A stretch of DNA of 64,000 nt, from assembly GCA_021299715.1 (NCBI GenBank), contig JAJTEL010000005.1:42955-106954 (forward strand), in the 5' to 3' direction. The position numbers and the translations under genes were made by a program. This stretch comes from Ilumatobacteraceae bacterium (lineage in GTDB: Bacteria; Actinomycetota; Acidimicrobiia; Acidimicrobiales; Ilumatobacteraceae). The notes beneath the pieces are model-generated. The model searched no databases. It had not been told where the DNA came from and saw nothing but the letters and a program-made list of their open reading frames with translations. Below are positions 16,942 through 26,583 of this stretch, piece by piece (the stretch's first letter is position 1; each line of letters begins with the position of its first letter).

Positions 16942-18363
16942 TCACTGGACAGTAATTCGCTGCCTGTATGTCTTGGTTTTGCCGTTCTTTGCGGTGACCT
17001 TAAGGCTGACCGAGCAAGTTCCCTTGCCGAGGGCCTTTACCGATTGCCCTGAAACTCTGCAGACTTTCTTTGAAGTCCCCGAAACAGATAGAACTATCTT
17101 TCTTGCAGACTTCAATGAGACTCCAAGTTCGCGAGCGATTCGAGAGCTCGACACGGTCGCTCCTTTTCGCGTGGAAAAAGTCTTCGTTGTGGTTGTCTGT
17201 GGCACGGATGAAGACACCGTTCTAACGAGAGGCGGTGTGGACTTCAACACGTCCGTAGTCGCAAGAGAATTTCCTTTCACTACAAAAGTCACCTCAGGGT
17301 TTGGCGCTGAATAGTGAGAGATACCAAGGTTGATTACTAATCCATCTTCTCGCTTTGAGATAGTTGGAGTTGTTGATTGTCCGTCAGCAGTGACAACTGA
17401 ATAGGAACTGGAATCAAACTGATCAACAGTTTCATAGCCGAGTGATCGAAAATATGCCGTAGGGAGAAAGATCTGCACGCGGGCAGAAATTACTTCGAGT
17501 GGTTGCGAACCAACTTGTGGCTTGTAGTGAGGCGCCGATGCTTGGAATGTCAACTTGTTGGCAATCGGGGCATCTGTGGATGGAGGTCCGATCAGAGGGT
17601 TTTGTGGCGTGTACGACCACGAGAATCCTTGCGCGTTAGCTTCAGCCCACGCGCCACTAAATGGATAATGCACACATGGTCCGCGACCAATAGGTGTTGG
17701 CGAACCCATTGGTTGAGTGAGGTATGAACTCAGCAGATGGTCTCTTGGCCACAGTTGGACATGGACATTCTCTCGACCGAAGGTGGCGATCTCTGCAGGA
17801 ATTCTGTTTTGGGACAATGGGGCGGAATATGCGAACTCCATTATTGATGTGAAAGTGAAAGTGAAAGTTCCATCGCCATCACTTGTGATTTGAGTTGAAC
17901 GTGTTCCATGTCCGATAAGAAACGCAGGTCTGAAGTTGCCGGTTGAAAGGCGGAGAGTGATTTCCCATCCGCTTCGGGATGCCCAGTCGACATCCATCTC
18001 GATACTTGGAGTTGTAAATCCTCCGGCCCAACTGGATTTCAACACGCAGACACCGTCAGAGTTGTTCTCGTACTTGTTGCCATCACAAGAAGTTGAAGGC
18101 CCATTAGCGCTACAACGAGCACTTACGGAAAGCCCCGCAGGCAGTTCTGCTGCCGACATATAGGTATTCGTGACTTTTTCCGGAGAGACAGTCGTGACCG
18201 ATTCGATGCAGCCGTTTACGACGGTGTCGGTACACCAATTCCAAGAACCAAGCGATGGAGTGAGAGACGTTGCGCTCACGGTATTCGGGGTACTGACTAA
18301 GAACGTTGACAGAGATAGCAACGTGGTTGCGACACACCATCTCACAGCGGTTTTCATACTCAT
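16942..18363 (-). CDS. Secreted hypothetical protein
   Basis: Start at ATG 18363 (MSMKTAVRWCVATTLLSLSTFLVSTPNTVSA, signal-peptide-like) forms an ATGA overlap with the upstream gene stop. No family recognised. The C-terminal segment has a Cys pair (KKVCRVSG...GKGTCSVSLKV) typical of Ig-like surface modules. Confidence 0.65.
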   Translation of the reverse strand: MSMKTAVRWCVATTLLSLSTFLVSTPNTVSATSLTPSLGSWNWCTDTVVNGCIESVTTVSPEKVTNTYMSAAELPAGLSVSARCSANGPSTSCDGNKYENNSDGVCVLKSSWAGGFTTPSIEMDVDWASRSGWEITLRLSTGNFRPAFLIGHGTRSTQITSDGDGTFTFTFTSIMEFAYSAPLSQNRIPAEIATFGRENVHVQLWPRDHLLSSYLTQPMGSPTPIGRGPCVHYPFSGAWAEANAQGFSWSYTPQNPLIGPPSTDAPIANKLTFQASAPHYKPQVGSQPLEVISARVQIFLPTAYFRSLGYETVDQFDSSSYSVVTADGQSTTPTISKREDGLVINLGISHYSAPNPEVTFVVKGNSLATTDVLKSTPPLVRTVSSSVPQTTTTKTFSTRKGATVSSSRIARELGVSLKSARKIVLSVSGTSKKVCRVSGQSVKALGKGTCSVSLKVTAKNGKTKTYRQRITVQ

Positions 18364-18788
18364 AGTGAACCCTTCGTAGAAACGTCGCCTGGTGCCGCAG
18401 GCGTATCGGAATCGTCTGTTGCCTGGGCAATCTTCCAGGCCAACCATATAAAGAGGAATTGAAATGGTAAGCGGCCATACGAGACCACTTGATCACTAAA
18501 CGGCTTATCGCGCCAATCCCACGCCATGTACAGGTTTGCTGGGTACACCGCGATGTACAGCCAGATTGCAGCAATCGCTCCGGCACGACGACTGGATTGG
18601 CGTAGCAACAGAACCGCAATCAGAATTTCGGCAACACCACTTATATATGTCCAAAACGCTTCACTTGGTGGAAGCCATGGCGGAACAATGTCATTGAAAA
18701 ATTCTGGCGATGCAAAGTGCATGACACCGGCAAACCCAACAAACAGTCCCATAACAACTGCAACGCGATTCCAAAACTGTGTGTTCAT
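18360..18788 (-). CDS. DoxX-like membrane protein
   Basis: 142 aa with 4 hydrophobic segments. Motif YISGVAEILIAVLLL...YIAVYPANLYMA. ATGA overlap with holB. Confidence 0.65.
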   Translation of the reverse strand: MNTQFWNRVAVVMGLFVGFAGVMHFASPEFFNDIVPPWLPPSEAFWTYISGVAEILIAVLLLRQSSRRAGAIAAIWLYIAVYPANLYMAWDWRDKPFSDQVVSYGRLPFQFLFIWLAWKIAQATDDSDTPAAPGDVSTKGSL

Positions 18789-19876
18789 TCGGCATTCTCC
18801 GCTAATACGAATTGCAAGGCAGCGTCTGCTGCGGGTGAGGGGAGCGACCAGATCAGATCGCGTAACAAGATTGCTTCGTTCACATTCAAACCTAAACGAC
18901 GCATAGCTTCGTGTAAACGAGAGATGGCTGTGGTGTAGGCATCGGGGTGCAATAAATGAGCGTTACGCACGAGTTCGTCTCGGTACACGCCAGCAATTTC
19001 AGTAAGGCCTGCACGAAGCTCGTCCGTTCGGTGACGTCGAATCTCTCGCTTGTGCTTGTCTTCTAATTGTTTCTTGCCGCCGCGCTTTACACCCATTAAC
19101 ACCAATGTCTTTTCAATGTCGGCGGCTTCTTGTTCGTGTCGTTGCGTTAATGGTTCGGTGGAATCGTCAATGAGCCCGAGGATTTGTTCAACAATTGCCG
19201 CAACAGTTGCACCTGTTCCATCAATACGTCGCGGAATGTTCGCAAAGAAATCTCGACGATGTGCAAGTTGTTTGTCGTTCGCCAACAATCGCCCGCGCGT
19301 CAGGCTTCCGTGAGAAGACCTCGCGGCAGCATCAGCAACATCGGCAGCAACACCTTCGTTTTGAAGAATGGATGAGATAACCGAATTCTCAAGTGGACCA
19401 AAGTGAATGCTGATACATCGCGACGCAATTGTGACAAGTGAGTCGTCTACTTGTTCGGCCAGCATGATGAAGAAGACGCCAGTAGGTGGCTCTTCGAGAG
19501 TTTTCAGCAACCGCACAATGGCGGCAGGCTGCATGAGATTCACCTCGTGCATGATGATGACTTTGCGTGCACCTTCAGTTGGTGTGGTGGAAGCAATCTT
19601 GATGACTTCTTCCGCCTGGTCTTTCAGAATGGATGCGCCTTCACGCTTTACTTCGTGAATGTCTGGGTGTGTGCCACGCCACGCCATGTCGTTAATGCGG
19701 TCAGACGAATCGTCGGAGTTCGATAGCAACACACCGGCGAAGGCACGAGCGGCTTCGGCAGAACCACACCCTTCAGGTCCAACAAATAAATAGGCATGGA
19801 CGGGTTGTTGAACGGCGCGGCGCAAATGCTGCACTGCGCGGTCTTGGCCAAGAACAAAATCCCACACCGATGTCAC
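18785..19876 (-). CDS. holB: DNA polymerase III subunit delta-prime
   Basis: HAYLFVGPEGCGSAEAA (degenerate P-loop) and SRC motif in TIASRCISIHF. Start placed at GTG 19876, 10 nt after the tmk stop. The track ORF N-terminal extension overlaps tmk. Confidence 0.85.
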   Translation of the reverse strand: MTSVWDFVLGQDRAVQHLRRAVQQPVHAYLFVGPEGCGSAEAARAFAGVLLSNSDDSSDRINDMAWRGTHPDIHEVKREGASILKDQAEEVIKIASTTPTEGARKVIIMHEVNLMQPAAIVRLLKTLEEPPTGVFFIMLAEQVDDSLVTIASRCISIHFGPLENSVISSILQNEGVAADVADAAARSSHGSLTRGRLLANDKQLAHRRDFFANIPRRIDGTGATVAAIVEQILGLIDDSTEPLTQRHEQEAADIEKTLVLMGVKRGGKKQLEDKHKREIRRHRTDELRAGLTEIAGVYRDELVRNAHLLHPDAYTTAISRLHEAMRRLGLNVNEAILLRDLIWSLPSPAADAALQFVLAENAE

Positions 19877-19886
19877 GGTGTTGAGA

Positions 19887-20495
19887 CTACTCACCGAGTC
19901 TGTCGAGCACCTTGGTGCGGATATCGGCTTCCACGTCGTCTTTCGGCAGAGTGCCGTCAATAACGATCCATCGAGACGGGTCGGCGTTACGCAATTCGGT
20001 AAAGCCCTGTGCGATTCGGGCAAAGAATTCCGGCCCCTCACGCTCAAAGCGGTCAAGGTCGCGCTTGGCCAGTCGTTCATTCAGAATGTCGGTCGGCACA
20101 TCTATATAGATGACCATGTCGGGCAACCGGTTGTTCAGAGCCCACGTAGAGATGGACAACAACGCATCGGTACCCAACTGGCGGCCGTAGCCCTGGTAGG
20201 CGAGTGTTGAATAAATGGATCGGTCACTCACCACATGTTGTCCGCGAGTAAGTGCGGGCTGAATAACTTCGGCCATGTGTTGAGCACGGTCGGCTGCCAT
20301 TAACAACGCTTCGGTACGTCGGTCTAGGTCGGTGTTTTCTGTGTCGGCCAAAATTGCACGTAACAGTGAACCAATACGTGTTCCACCTGGTTCACGCGTG
20401 ATGACAGCGTTTAGATGTTCACCAAGCCGCTTTGTGTGCGTGCTCTTTCCACAACCCTCGAGTCCTTCGAGTGCGATGTAGGCAGGAGTTGTCAC
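19887..20495 (-). CDS. tmk: dTMP (thymidylate) kinase
   Basis: 202 aa with P-loop IALEGLEGCGKST. GTGA overlap with the topA stop. Confidence 0.9.
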   Translation of the reverse strand: MTTPAYIALEGLEGCGKSTHTKRLGEHLNAVITREPGGTRIGSLLRAILADTENTDLDRRTEALLMAADRAQHMAEVIQPALTRGQHVVSDRSIYSTLAYQGYGRQLGTDALLSISTWALNNRLPDMVIYIDVPTDILNERLAKRDLDRFEREGPEFFARIAQGFTELRNADPSRWIVIDGTLPKDDVEADIRTKVLDRLGE

Positions 20496-23170
20496 TCGTC
20501 GTCTACCTTTGGCGCAGCTTTCTTCTTTGCTGCAGCCTTTTTGGCCGGCGCCTTCTTCTTCGCTGGTGCTTTCTTTGCTGCAGCCTTCTTCGCCGGCGCC
20601 TTACGTCCGCCCGACTTCTTCTTCGGCCCACCGTTTGCTTCGATGTATTCACGACGAAGTTGCAGCAATTCGTACGCACGCTCGTTTGTCATGGCTTCCA
20701 TGCGGTCACCACGAGTAAGACCTGCATTCGTTTCGCCATCGGTGACGTAATCACCAAAGCGACCTTCTTTTCCAACAACCGGCTTGCCGCTTACTGGGTC
20801 ATTACCAAACTCTCGCAGTGGTGGTTTGGCTGCTGCACGACCACGACCGAACGTGCGTGGAGTTGCAAGCAATGCGAGTGCTTCTTCTAAAGACACAGTG
20901 AGCAATTGCTCTTCTGTCTGCAGTGAACGGCTCTCTTTGCCCTTTGCAACGTACGGACCATACCGACCATTTTGTGCGGTGATGATTTCGCCGTCTGCTG
21001 GGTCTGCACCCACAACGCGCGGCAATGACAACAAGTCCAAACAATCTTGTAATGTCATGCGATCAACATTCATGGTCTTGAATAATGACGCCATCTTTGG
21101 CTTGTCTAAACCAGTTGGTGGTTCGTCCATGGTGCCCCACTGAACGTACGGACCGTAACGACCAGACTTCACAAAGACCGGGAAACCGTCGTGTTCACCA
21201 ATGGGCGTGTCACCTTTTGGTGCCTTCAGTAATGCAACGGCGGCGTCACATGTCAACTCGTCTGGCGTCATGGTGTCTGGAACACTTGCTGTGATTTCTC
21301 CACTGCGAACATATGGTCCGTACAAACCTGGCTTCACCACAACGTCTTCGCCAGTGTCGGGGTGTGTGCCCAAGGGGAACGTGTTTAGTTCGGCAGCGTC
21401 AATGGTGTCCAAGTTGCTGGTCACAATGTTGCGCAAACCAGGCTCATGTTCACCACCGAAGTAGAACTCTTGTAGCCAGTCCTTCTTATTCAACTCGCCG
21501 CGCGCAATGGCGTCGAGGTCGGCGTCGAGGTCGGCAGTGAATTCATAGTCAACGAGTGAGTTGAAATTGTTCTCCATCAACTTCACAACAGAGAACGCAG
21601 TCCATGTGGGAACAAGTGATGTTCCCTTCTTCCATAAATAATGGCCGCGATCAACCATGGTGGAAATAATGGAAGCCCACGTTGAAGGACGACCAATTCC
21701 CTTCGCTTCAAGTTCTTTTACCAACGATGCTTCGGTGTAACGCGGCGGTGGCGATGTGGAGTGCGATGTAGAGGTGTACTCGGAGACGGGAACACTGTTT
21801 CCTTCTGCAAGGACAGGAAGCAATAATGACTTCTCGTCATCACTTTCTGTTTCGTCTTCATCGCGAGACTCTTCATACGCAGCGCGATAGCCAGGGAACG
21901 TAATTGTTGTTCCGCTTGCCGAAAATTCACAATCGCTGCGGTCGTTGTTGGCAGCAGTTGCGCCCAAACGAACGCTTGTTGTTGAACCAATTGTGTCGGC
22001 CATTTGCGATGCAAGAGTGCGCTGCCAAATAAGGCGGTACACGCTGAGATCTTGACCACGAAGTTCACTTGCAAGGCTGTCGGGTGAGCGCAAGGGGAGA
22101 GCCGGACGAATTGCTTCGTGAGCTTCTTGTGCATTTTTCACTTTGGTTTGGTACTTGCGCGGACCGTTCTGTGGCACGTAGTCGTTTCCGTAGTCGCGCT
22201 GCACATACGAACGAATCTCGCCAATTGCTTCGTCAGACAAGGTGACCGAGTCGGTACGCATGTATGTAATGAAGCCGCGTTCATACAGTCCTTGCGCAAT
22301 GCTCATTACTTGACGTCCCGACAAGCGCAGCTTTCGGCCAGCTTCTTGCTGCAGTGTGCTGGTGGTAAACGGCGGCTTTGGCGACGAGCGATATGGCTTG
22401 GTGTCAACCTTGCGAACAAGAAGATCTGTTCCGGCAAGACCATTTGCTAATTCAGTTCCGAGTGCGGTTGTAATAACAAGCACGTCTCCATTGGGAACAC
22501 CAAGTTCAGAGAAATCTTTGCCCGTTGCTACGCGCTGGCCATTCACCGACACCAACTTGGCTGTGAATGACGGAGTAGTAGAGGTAATGGCCTCTAACGA
22601 GAAGTAGTCGGCAGCGCGGAACAGAATTCGTTCACGTTCGCGTTCCACAACAAGTCGAAGCGCTGGACTTTGCACGCGGCCCGCAGAAAGTCCACGGTTT
22701 ACACGGCGCCACAACACGGGCGACACTTCGTAGCCATATAAACGGTCAAGAATTCGGCGTGCTTCCGCGGCGTCGACAAGGCCGTAATCAAGGTCGCGCG
22801 GATTCTCCACTGCTTCACGAATGGACTTGGCGTTGATTTCGTGGAACACCATGCGATGCACGGGCACTTTCGGCTTCAACTGTTCCAACAAGTGCCAAGA
22901 AATCGCTTCGCCTTCGCGGTCTTCGTCCGTTGCCAGATACAGCGCAGTGGCATCTTTCAGTGCGGCTTTCAGTTCTTTTACAACGGTGCGTCCACGCTCG
23001 GTGAGCTCGTATGACGGCTTGAAACCGTTCTCCACATCCACTGCGAGACCCTTGCTGGGAAGGTCTGCAATATGGCCAACAGAGGGGCGAACATCAAACT
23101 CCGGACCGAGGTATTGGGAGATGGTTTTGGCCTTTGCGGGGGACTCAACGATGACTAATGACTTGGGCAT
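20492..23170 (-). CDS. topA: DNA topoisomerase I with Lys/Ala-rich C-terminal tail
   Basis: 892 aa. TOPRIM start LVIVESPAKAKTI and active-site Tyr region GFITYMRTDS. The C-terminus has no CxxC zinc fingers and ends in KKAAAKKAPAKKKAPAKKAAAKKKAAPK. Confidence 0.95.
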   Translation of the reverse strand: MPKSLVIVESPAKAKTISQYLGPEFDVRPSVGHIADLPSKGLAVDVENGFKPSYELTERGRTVVKELKAALKDATALYLATDEDREGEAISWHLLEQLKPKVPVHRMVFHEINAKSIREAVENPRDLDYGLVDAAEARRILDRLYGYEVSPVLWRRVNRGLSAGRVQSPALRLVVERERERILFRAADYFSLEAITSTTPSFTAKLVSVNGQRVATGKDFSELGVPNGDVLVITTALGTELANGLAGTDLLVRKVDTKPYRSSPKPPFTTSTLQQEAGRKLRLSGRQVMSIAQGLYERGFITYMRTDSVTLSDEAIGEIRSYVQRDYGNDYVPQNGPRKYQTKVKNAQEAHEAIRPALPLRSPDSLASELRGQDLSVYRLIWQRTLASQMADTIGSTTSVRLGATAANNDRSDCEFSASGTTITFPGYRAAYEESRDEDETESDDEKSLLLPVLAEGNSVPVSEYTSTSHSTSPPPRYTEASLVKELEAKGIGRPSTWASIISTMVDRGHYLWKKGTSLVPTWTAFSVVKLMENNFNSLVDYEFTADLDADLDAIARGELNKKDWLQEFYFGGEHEPGLRNIVTSNLDTIDAAELNTFPLGTHPDTGEDVVVKPGLYGPYVRSGEITASVPDTMTPDELTCDAAVALLKAPKGDTPIGEHDGFPVFVKSGRYGPYVQWGTMDEPPTGLDKPKMASLFKTMNVDRMTLQDCLDLLSLPRVVGADPADGEIITAQNGRYGPYVAKGKESRSLQTEEQLLTVSLEEALALLATPRTFGRGRAAAKPPLREFGNDPVSGKPVVGKEGRFGDYVTDGETNAGLTRGDRMEAMTNERAYELLQLRREYIEANGGPKKKSGGRKAPAKKAAAKKAPAKKKAPAKKAAAKKKAAPKVDDE

Positions 23171-23198
23171 ACCTTTTTCATCGCTATGTGATTTGACC

Positions 23199-23246
23199 CT
23201 GCCTTGTCAAGGCAGAACCCTGAAACCCTTACGGCACTAGGGTTTC
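23199..23246 (-). terminator. Two hairpins at and after the MMPL gene stop (possible U-tract-poor terminator)
   Basis: gaaaccct/agggtttc (23222-23229 / 23239-23246; 8-bp stem, 9-nt loop, includes the stop codon). ctgcctt/aaggcag (23199-23205 / 23209-23215). No clear U tract follows either. Confidence 0.3.
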
Positions 23247-25543
23247 GGATCGACGTGGACGTGGTGGGTTCCTTCCACGTCGATGCGGGGAAGCACCCGA
23301 TCGAGCCATTTTGGAATCCACCAGTTGCGGTCGCCCAACAGTTCCATCGTGGCGGGAACGAGCAACATTCGCACCACCGTGGCGTCGATGAAGACGGCTA
23401 CGGCCATACCCATTCCGAAGAGCTTCAATTGGCGGTCCGGAGCCAAGACGAAGGCAGCGAAAACGCACACCATGATGAGAGCGGCAGCGGTGATGACACG
23501 CGCCGTTGCAGCAACACCATCGGCAACTGATGTGGTGTTGTCACCAGTGCGGTGGTACTCCTCTTTCATACGCGACAACAAGAACACTTCGTAGTCCATT
23601 GACAATCCGAACACGATGGCAAACAAGAACATGGGTGCCCATGCCTCCACCGGACCAGGTTTTCCAATTCCGAAGAAGTCTCCGGCCCAGCCCCACTGGA
23701 ACACAGCAACAATGACTCCATAAGCAGCACCTACCGACAACAAGTTCATGAGCACAGCTTTTAGCGGAACGAGAATGCTGCGGAAGACGGCCATAAGGAG
23801 AAAGAACGACAGCACCAACACAATGCCAATCAGCCACGGCAGTCGTTGTGACAAATAGTCGGAGAAGTCGATACCGCCAGCGGTGAATCCACCCACTTTC
23901 GCATCAACGTTTGTTGAAGGAATGACATCGGAACGAAGTCGATGCACCAGATCTGATGTTGCTTCGTCTTGCGGTGAGGTTGTTGGGTACGCAATCACAA
24001 GACCCACTTCGGTGCTTGGAAGTGGAACAGGGATTGCAGCAGCAATTCCTTCCGCTTTTGCGATTGTTCCCGCGAACTGCTTCATTGCTGCAGGGTCACT
24101 TGGTGTTGAGCCTCCTACAGAGATGTAGAGCGGCCCGTTAAAGCCTGGGCCAAATCCTTCACTGATGAGGTCGTATGCACGACGAACATCTGTGGATTTG
24201 TCTGCATTGCCGTTATCACTAAATCCGAGTCGTAGTGAGAACATGGGTGCAGACATCACGCCCAACAACACCACAGACCCAATCAGTGATGTCCACGGAC
24301 GGTGTTGAACAACTCGACTCCATCGCCACCACACCGAGTGCTGATGATTGTTTTGCGCGCGATGGGGCAATGGTTCACGCAACGCCTGAACGAAGAAACG
24401 CAGTATTTGCGCTGCAATTGCAACGATTATGCCAGCGAGAAGAATGGAAATCTCATGTGTGAAGACAGCAATCATTGCGCTAAACACAGCAACCGCAAGG
24501 GAGAGAACTGCGGCACGAGATGTGTTGTCAATACGGTGTCCCACCATTGCCAGTAGTGCGGGAAGCAACGTGACAGACGCAATCATCATGACAGCAACGC
24601 CAATGGCCATTGCAACGGAGAATCCGCTGACGAATGCAAGCCCAATGGACAACAAGCCGAGAAGAGCAACAACAACAGTGATTCCGGCGAACAAGACCGC
24701 ACGCCCCGATGTGTCAATTGCTTCGACAATTGAATCTTCTACCGACATGCCGTCATGCAGTGCTTCGCGATATCGCGTAACGATGAATAGCGCGTAGTCA
24801 ATTCCCACGCCAAGACCAATCATGGCAACCATTGACGTTGCTTCACTAGGCATCGACATGAGATTGCTGACGATGATCACTATTCCCGATGCTGCAGCAA
24901 GACCAAGTAGTGCTACTCCAATTGGAAGACCCATCGCGATAACAGAACCAAAGGCGAGTACCAGAATGATGACGGCAGCAAGAAGTCCCAGTGCTTCGCT
25001 CTCTGGCATTTCAAAAACTCGGAAGAGTTGACCACCGTATTCAACAGTGACGCCGTCGGTTGTGCGAAGTGAGTTGGTGACTTTCTTGATGTCCTTGGCA
25101 ACAACTTCCATCTCTTGTAGAGACATGTCTTCTGGCGTGGTGACTTGAGCAAAAGCAATCGTGCGAGTTTGATTGGCCTGAGTGGGAACTTCGTATGGGC
25201 TCAACACGCGCAAACGTGGAATCTCTGCCACGGCCTTCAGCGCGGTGGTGATTGCTTGTTTCGTAGATGGGTCATCGATTGTGCCATTGGTCTTGAAGAC
25301 AATCTGACTACTTTCACCGCCGTCGCTTGGACTGACGCGTGAGATCATTTCCTGTGCATCGCGAGCATCACTGTTCGGCAATTCCATTTCGGTTCGGAAG
25401 GCATCGCCCAAAGAAGAGCTTGCGATTGAGATGAGAATGACGAGGGGAAGCCAGATTCCGAGAACCATGGTTTTCTTACGACGAACAGCAAATGTGGCGA
25501 GTTTGCGCAGCACAGGGGGTCCTTTGAATTTGGGGGCAATCAA
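23237..25543 (-). CDS. MMPL family (RND superfamily) transporter
   Basis: 768 aa with two blocks of about 6 TM helices separated by soluble loops. N-terminus LRKLATFAVRRKK is typical of MMPL proteins. Start is TTG 25543 or GTG 25513. Confidence 0.85.
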   Translation of the reverse strand: MIAPKFKGPPVLRKLATFAVRRKKTMVLGIWLPLVILISIASSSLGDAFRTEMELPNSDARDAQEMISRVSPSDGGESSQIVFKTNGTIDDPSTKQAITTALKAVAEIPRLRVLSPYEVPTQANQTRTIAFAQVTTPEDMSLQEMEVVAKDIKKVTNSLRTTDGVTVEYGGQLFRVFEMPESEALGLLAAVIILVLAFGSVIAMGLPIGVALLGLAAASGIVIIVSNLMSMPSEATSMVAMIGLGVGIDYALFIVTRYREALHDGMSVEDSIVEAIDTSGRAVLFAGITVVVALLGLLSIGLAFVSGFSVAMAIGVAVMMIASVTLLPALLAMVGHRIDNTSRAAVLSLAVAVFSAMIAVFTHEISILLAGIIVAIAAQILRFFVQALREPLPHRAQNNHQHSVWWRWSRVVQHRPWTSLIGSVVLLGVMSAPMFSLRLGFSDNGNADKSTDVRRAYDLISEGFGPGFNGPLYISVGGSTPSDPAAMKQFAGTIAKAEGIAAAIPVPLPSTEVGLVIAYPTTSPQDEATSDLVHRLRSDVIPSTNVDAKVGGFTAGGIDFSDYLSQRLPWLIGIVLVLSFFLLMAVFRSILVPLKAVLMNLLSVGAAYGVIVAVFQWGWAGDFFGIGKPGPVEAWAPMFLFAIVFGLSMDYEVFLLSRMKEEYHRTGDNTTSVADGVAATARVITAAALIMVCVFAAFVLAPDRQLKLFGMGMAVAVFIDATVVRMLLVPATMELLGDRNWWIPKWLDRVLPRIDVEGTHHVHVDPKP

Positions 25544-25596
25544 AGGCTAGGCAGTCCCCTCGCAGGAGACGGAGATGAACGGTACGGTTTCTGTAG

Positions 25597-26583
25597 ATGA
25601 GTTCACATGTCACACATACCGAGACGCCGGGTAACCCCGTGCTATTCGGTCGCGTGACTCGTCTCGATAGAGGATGGAGCACAGTTCGCCTCGATTCTTC
25701 AGAAGTTGTGCGAGTGCGCAATTTGGGTGTTGAGGTGGCTGTCGGAGATCGTGTGACGGTCACTGCCGACTATGAACGAATTGACTCTGTTCATGAACGA
25801 CGCAGTGCATTAACTCGTAGAAGTTCGTTTGAGGGTGCACGTGGAACTCGCCAAATTGTTGCCAGCAACATTGACACCGTGTTTGTTGTGCACGCGGTGA
25901 ACGCCGATGTCAATCAACGCCGCTTGGAACGCGAACTGGTCTTGGCATTCGATAGCGGTGCAACACCAGTTGTAGTTCTTACAAAAACAGACACAGTCAC
26001 GCCAGAACACGCCCAAAGCGTTGCCTCTTCGTTGGCGGAAGTTGCATTAGACGTTGACATTGTCTTGGTGAGTTCTCGCACTGGCGATGGCCTCGACTCC
26101 ATTCGTGCTCACGCCCCAGAAGGTGACACCGTGGCGTTCATTGGGGCAAGCGGTGTGGGCAAGTCCACCTTGGTGAATGCACTAGTAGGCCACGAAGTGC
26201 AACGCACTGGTGAAGTGCGAGAAGACGATCAAAGAGGTCGTCACACCACTGTTGCCGCAGAACTCATAGCGCTCCCTGGTGGAGCGTGGTTGTTAGATAC
26301 CCCTGGCCTACGTGCCGTCACACTGTGGACAAGTGGAGTTGGAATCGAACGCGCATTTCGTGATGTCTTCGACATTGCCGAGAACTGCCGTTTTCGAGAC
26401 TGTAAACACATGGACGAACCCGATTGTGCCGTCCTTGATGCAATTGCCAATGGAACTCTTCCAGAGATTCGTCTTTCGTCTCTTCGCAGACTTGTTGCCG
26501 AAGAACTCGCTGTTGAGGAAGAACAAGTTGAACGAGAACGTGCGCAAGACAGACGTGGTGTGCGTCGCAAACCTACGCGTTAG
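25597..26583 (+). CDS. rsgA: Ribosome small-subunit-dependent GTPase A
   Basis: Circularly permuted GTPase: LTKTD then GASGVGKSTLVNAL. C-terminal zinc knuckle CRFRDCKHMDEPDC. Confidence 0.9.
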   Translation: MSSHVTHTETPGNPVLFGRVTRLDRGWSTVRLDSSEVVRVRNLGVEVAVGDRVTVTADYERIDSVHERRSALTRRSSFEGARGTRQIVASNIDTVFVVHAVNADVNQRRLERELVLAFDSGATPVVVLTKTDTVTPEHAQSVASSLAEVALDVDIVLVSSRTGDGLDSIRAHAPEGDTVAFIGASGVGKSTLVNALVGHEVQRTGEVREDDQRGRHTTVAAELIALPGGAWLLDTPGLRAVTLWTSGVGIERAFRDVFDIAENCRFRDCKHMDEPDCAVLDAIANGTLPEIRLSSLRRLVAEELAVEEEQVERERAQDRRGVRRKPTR

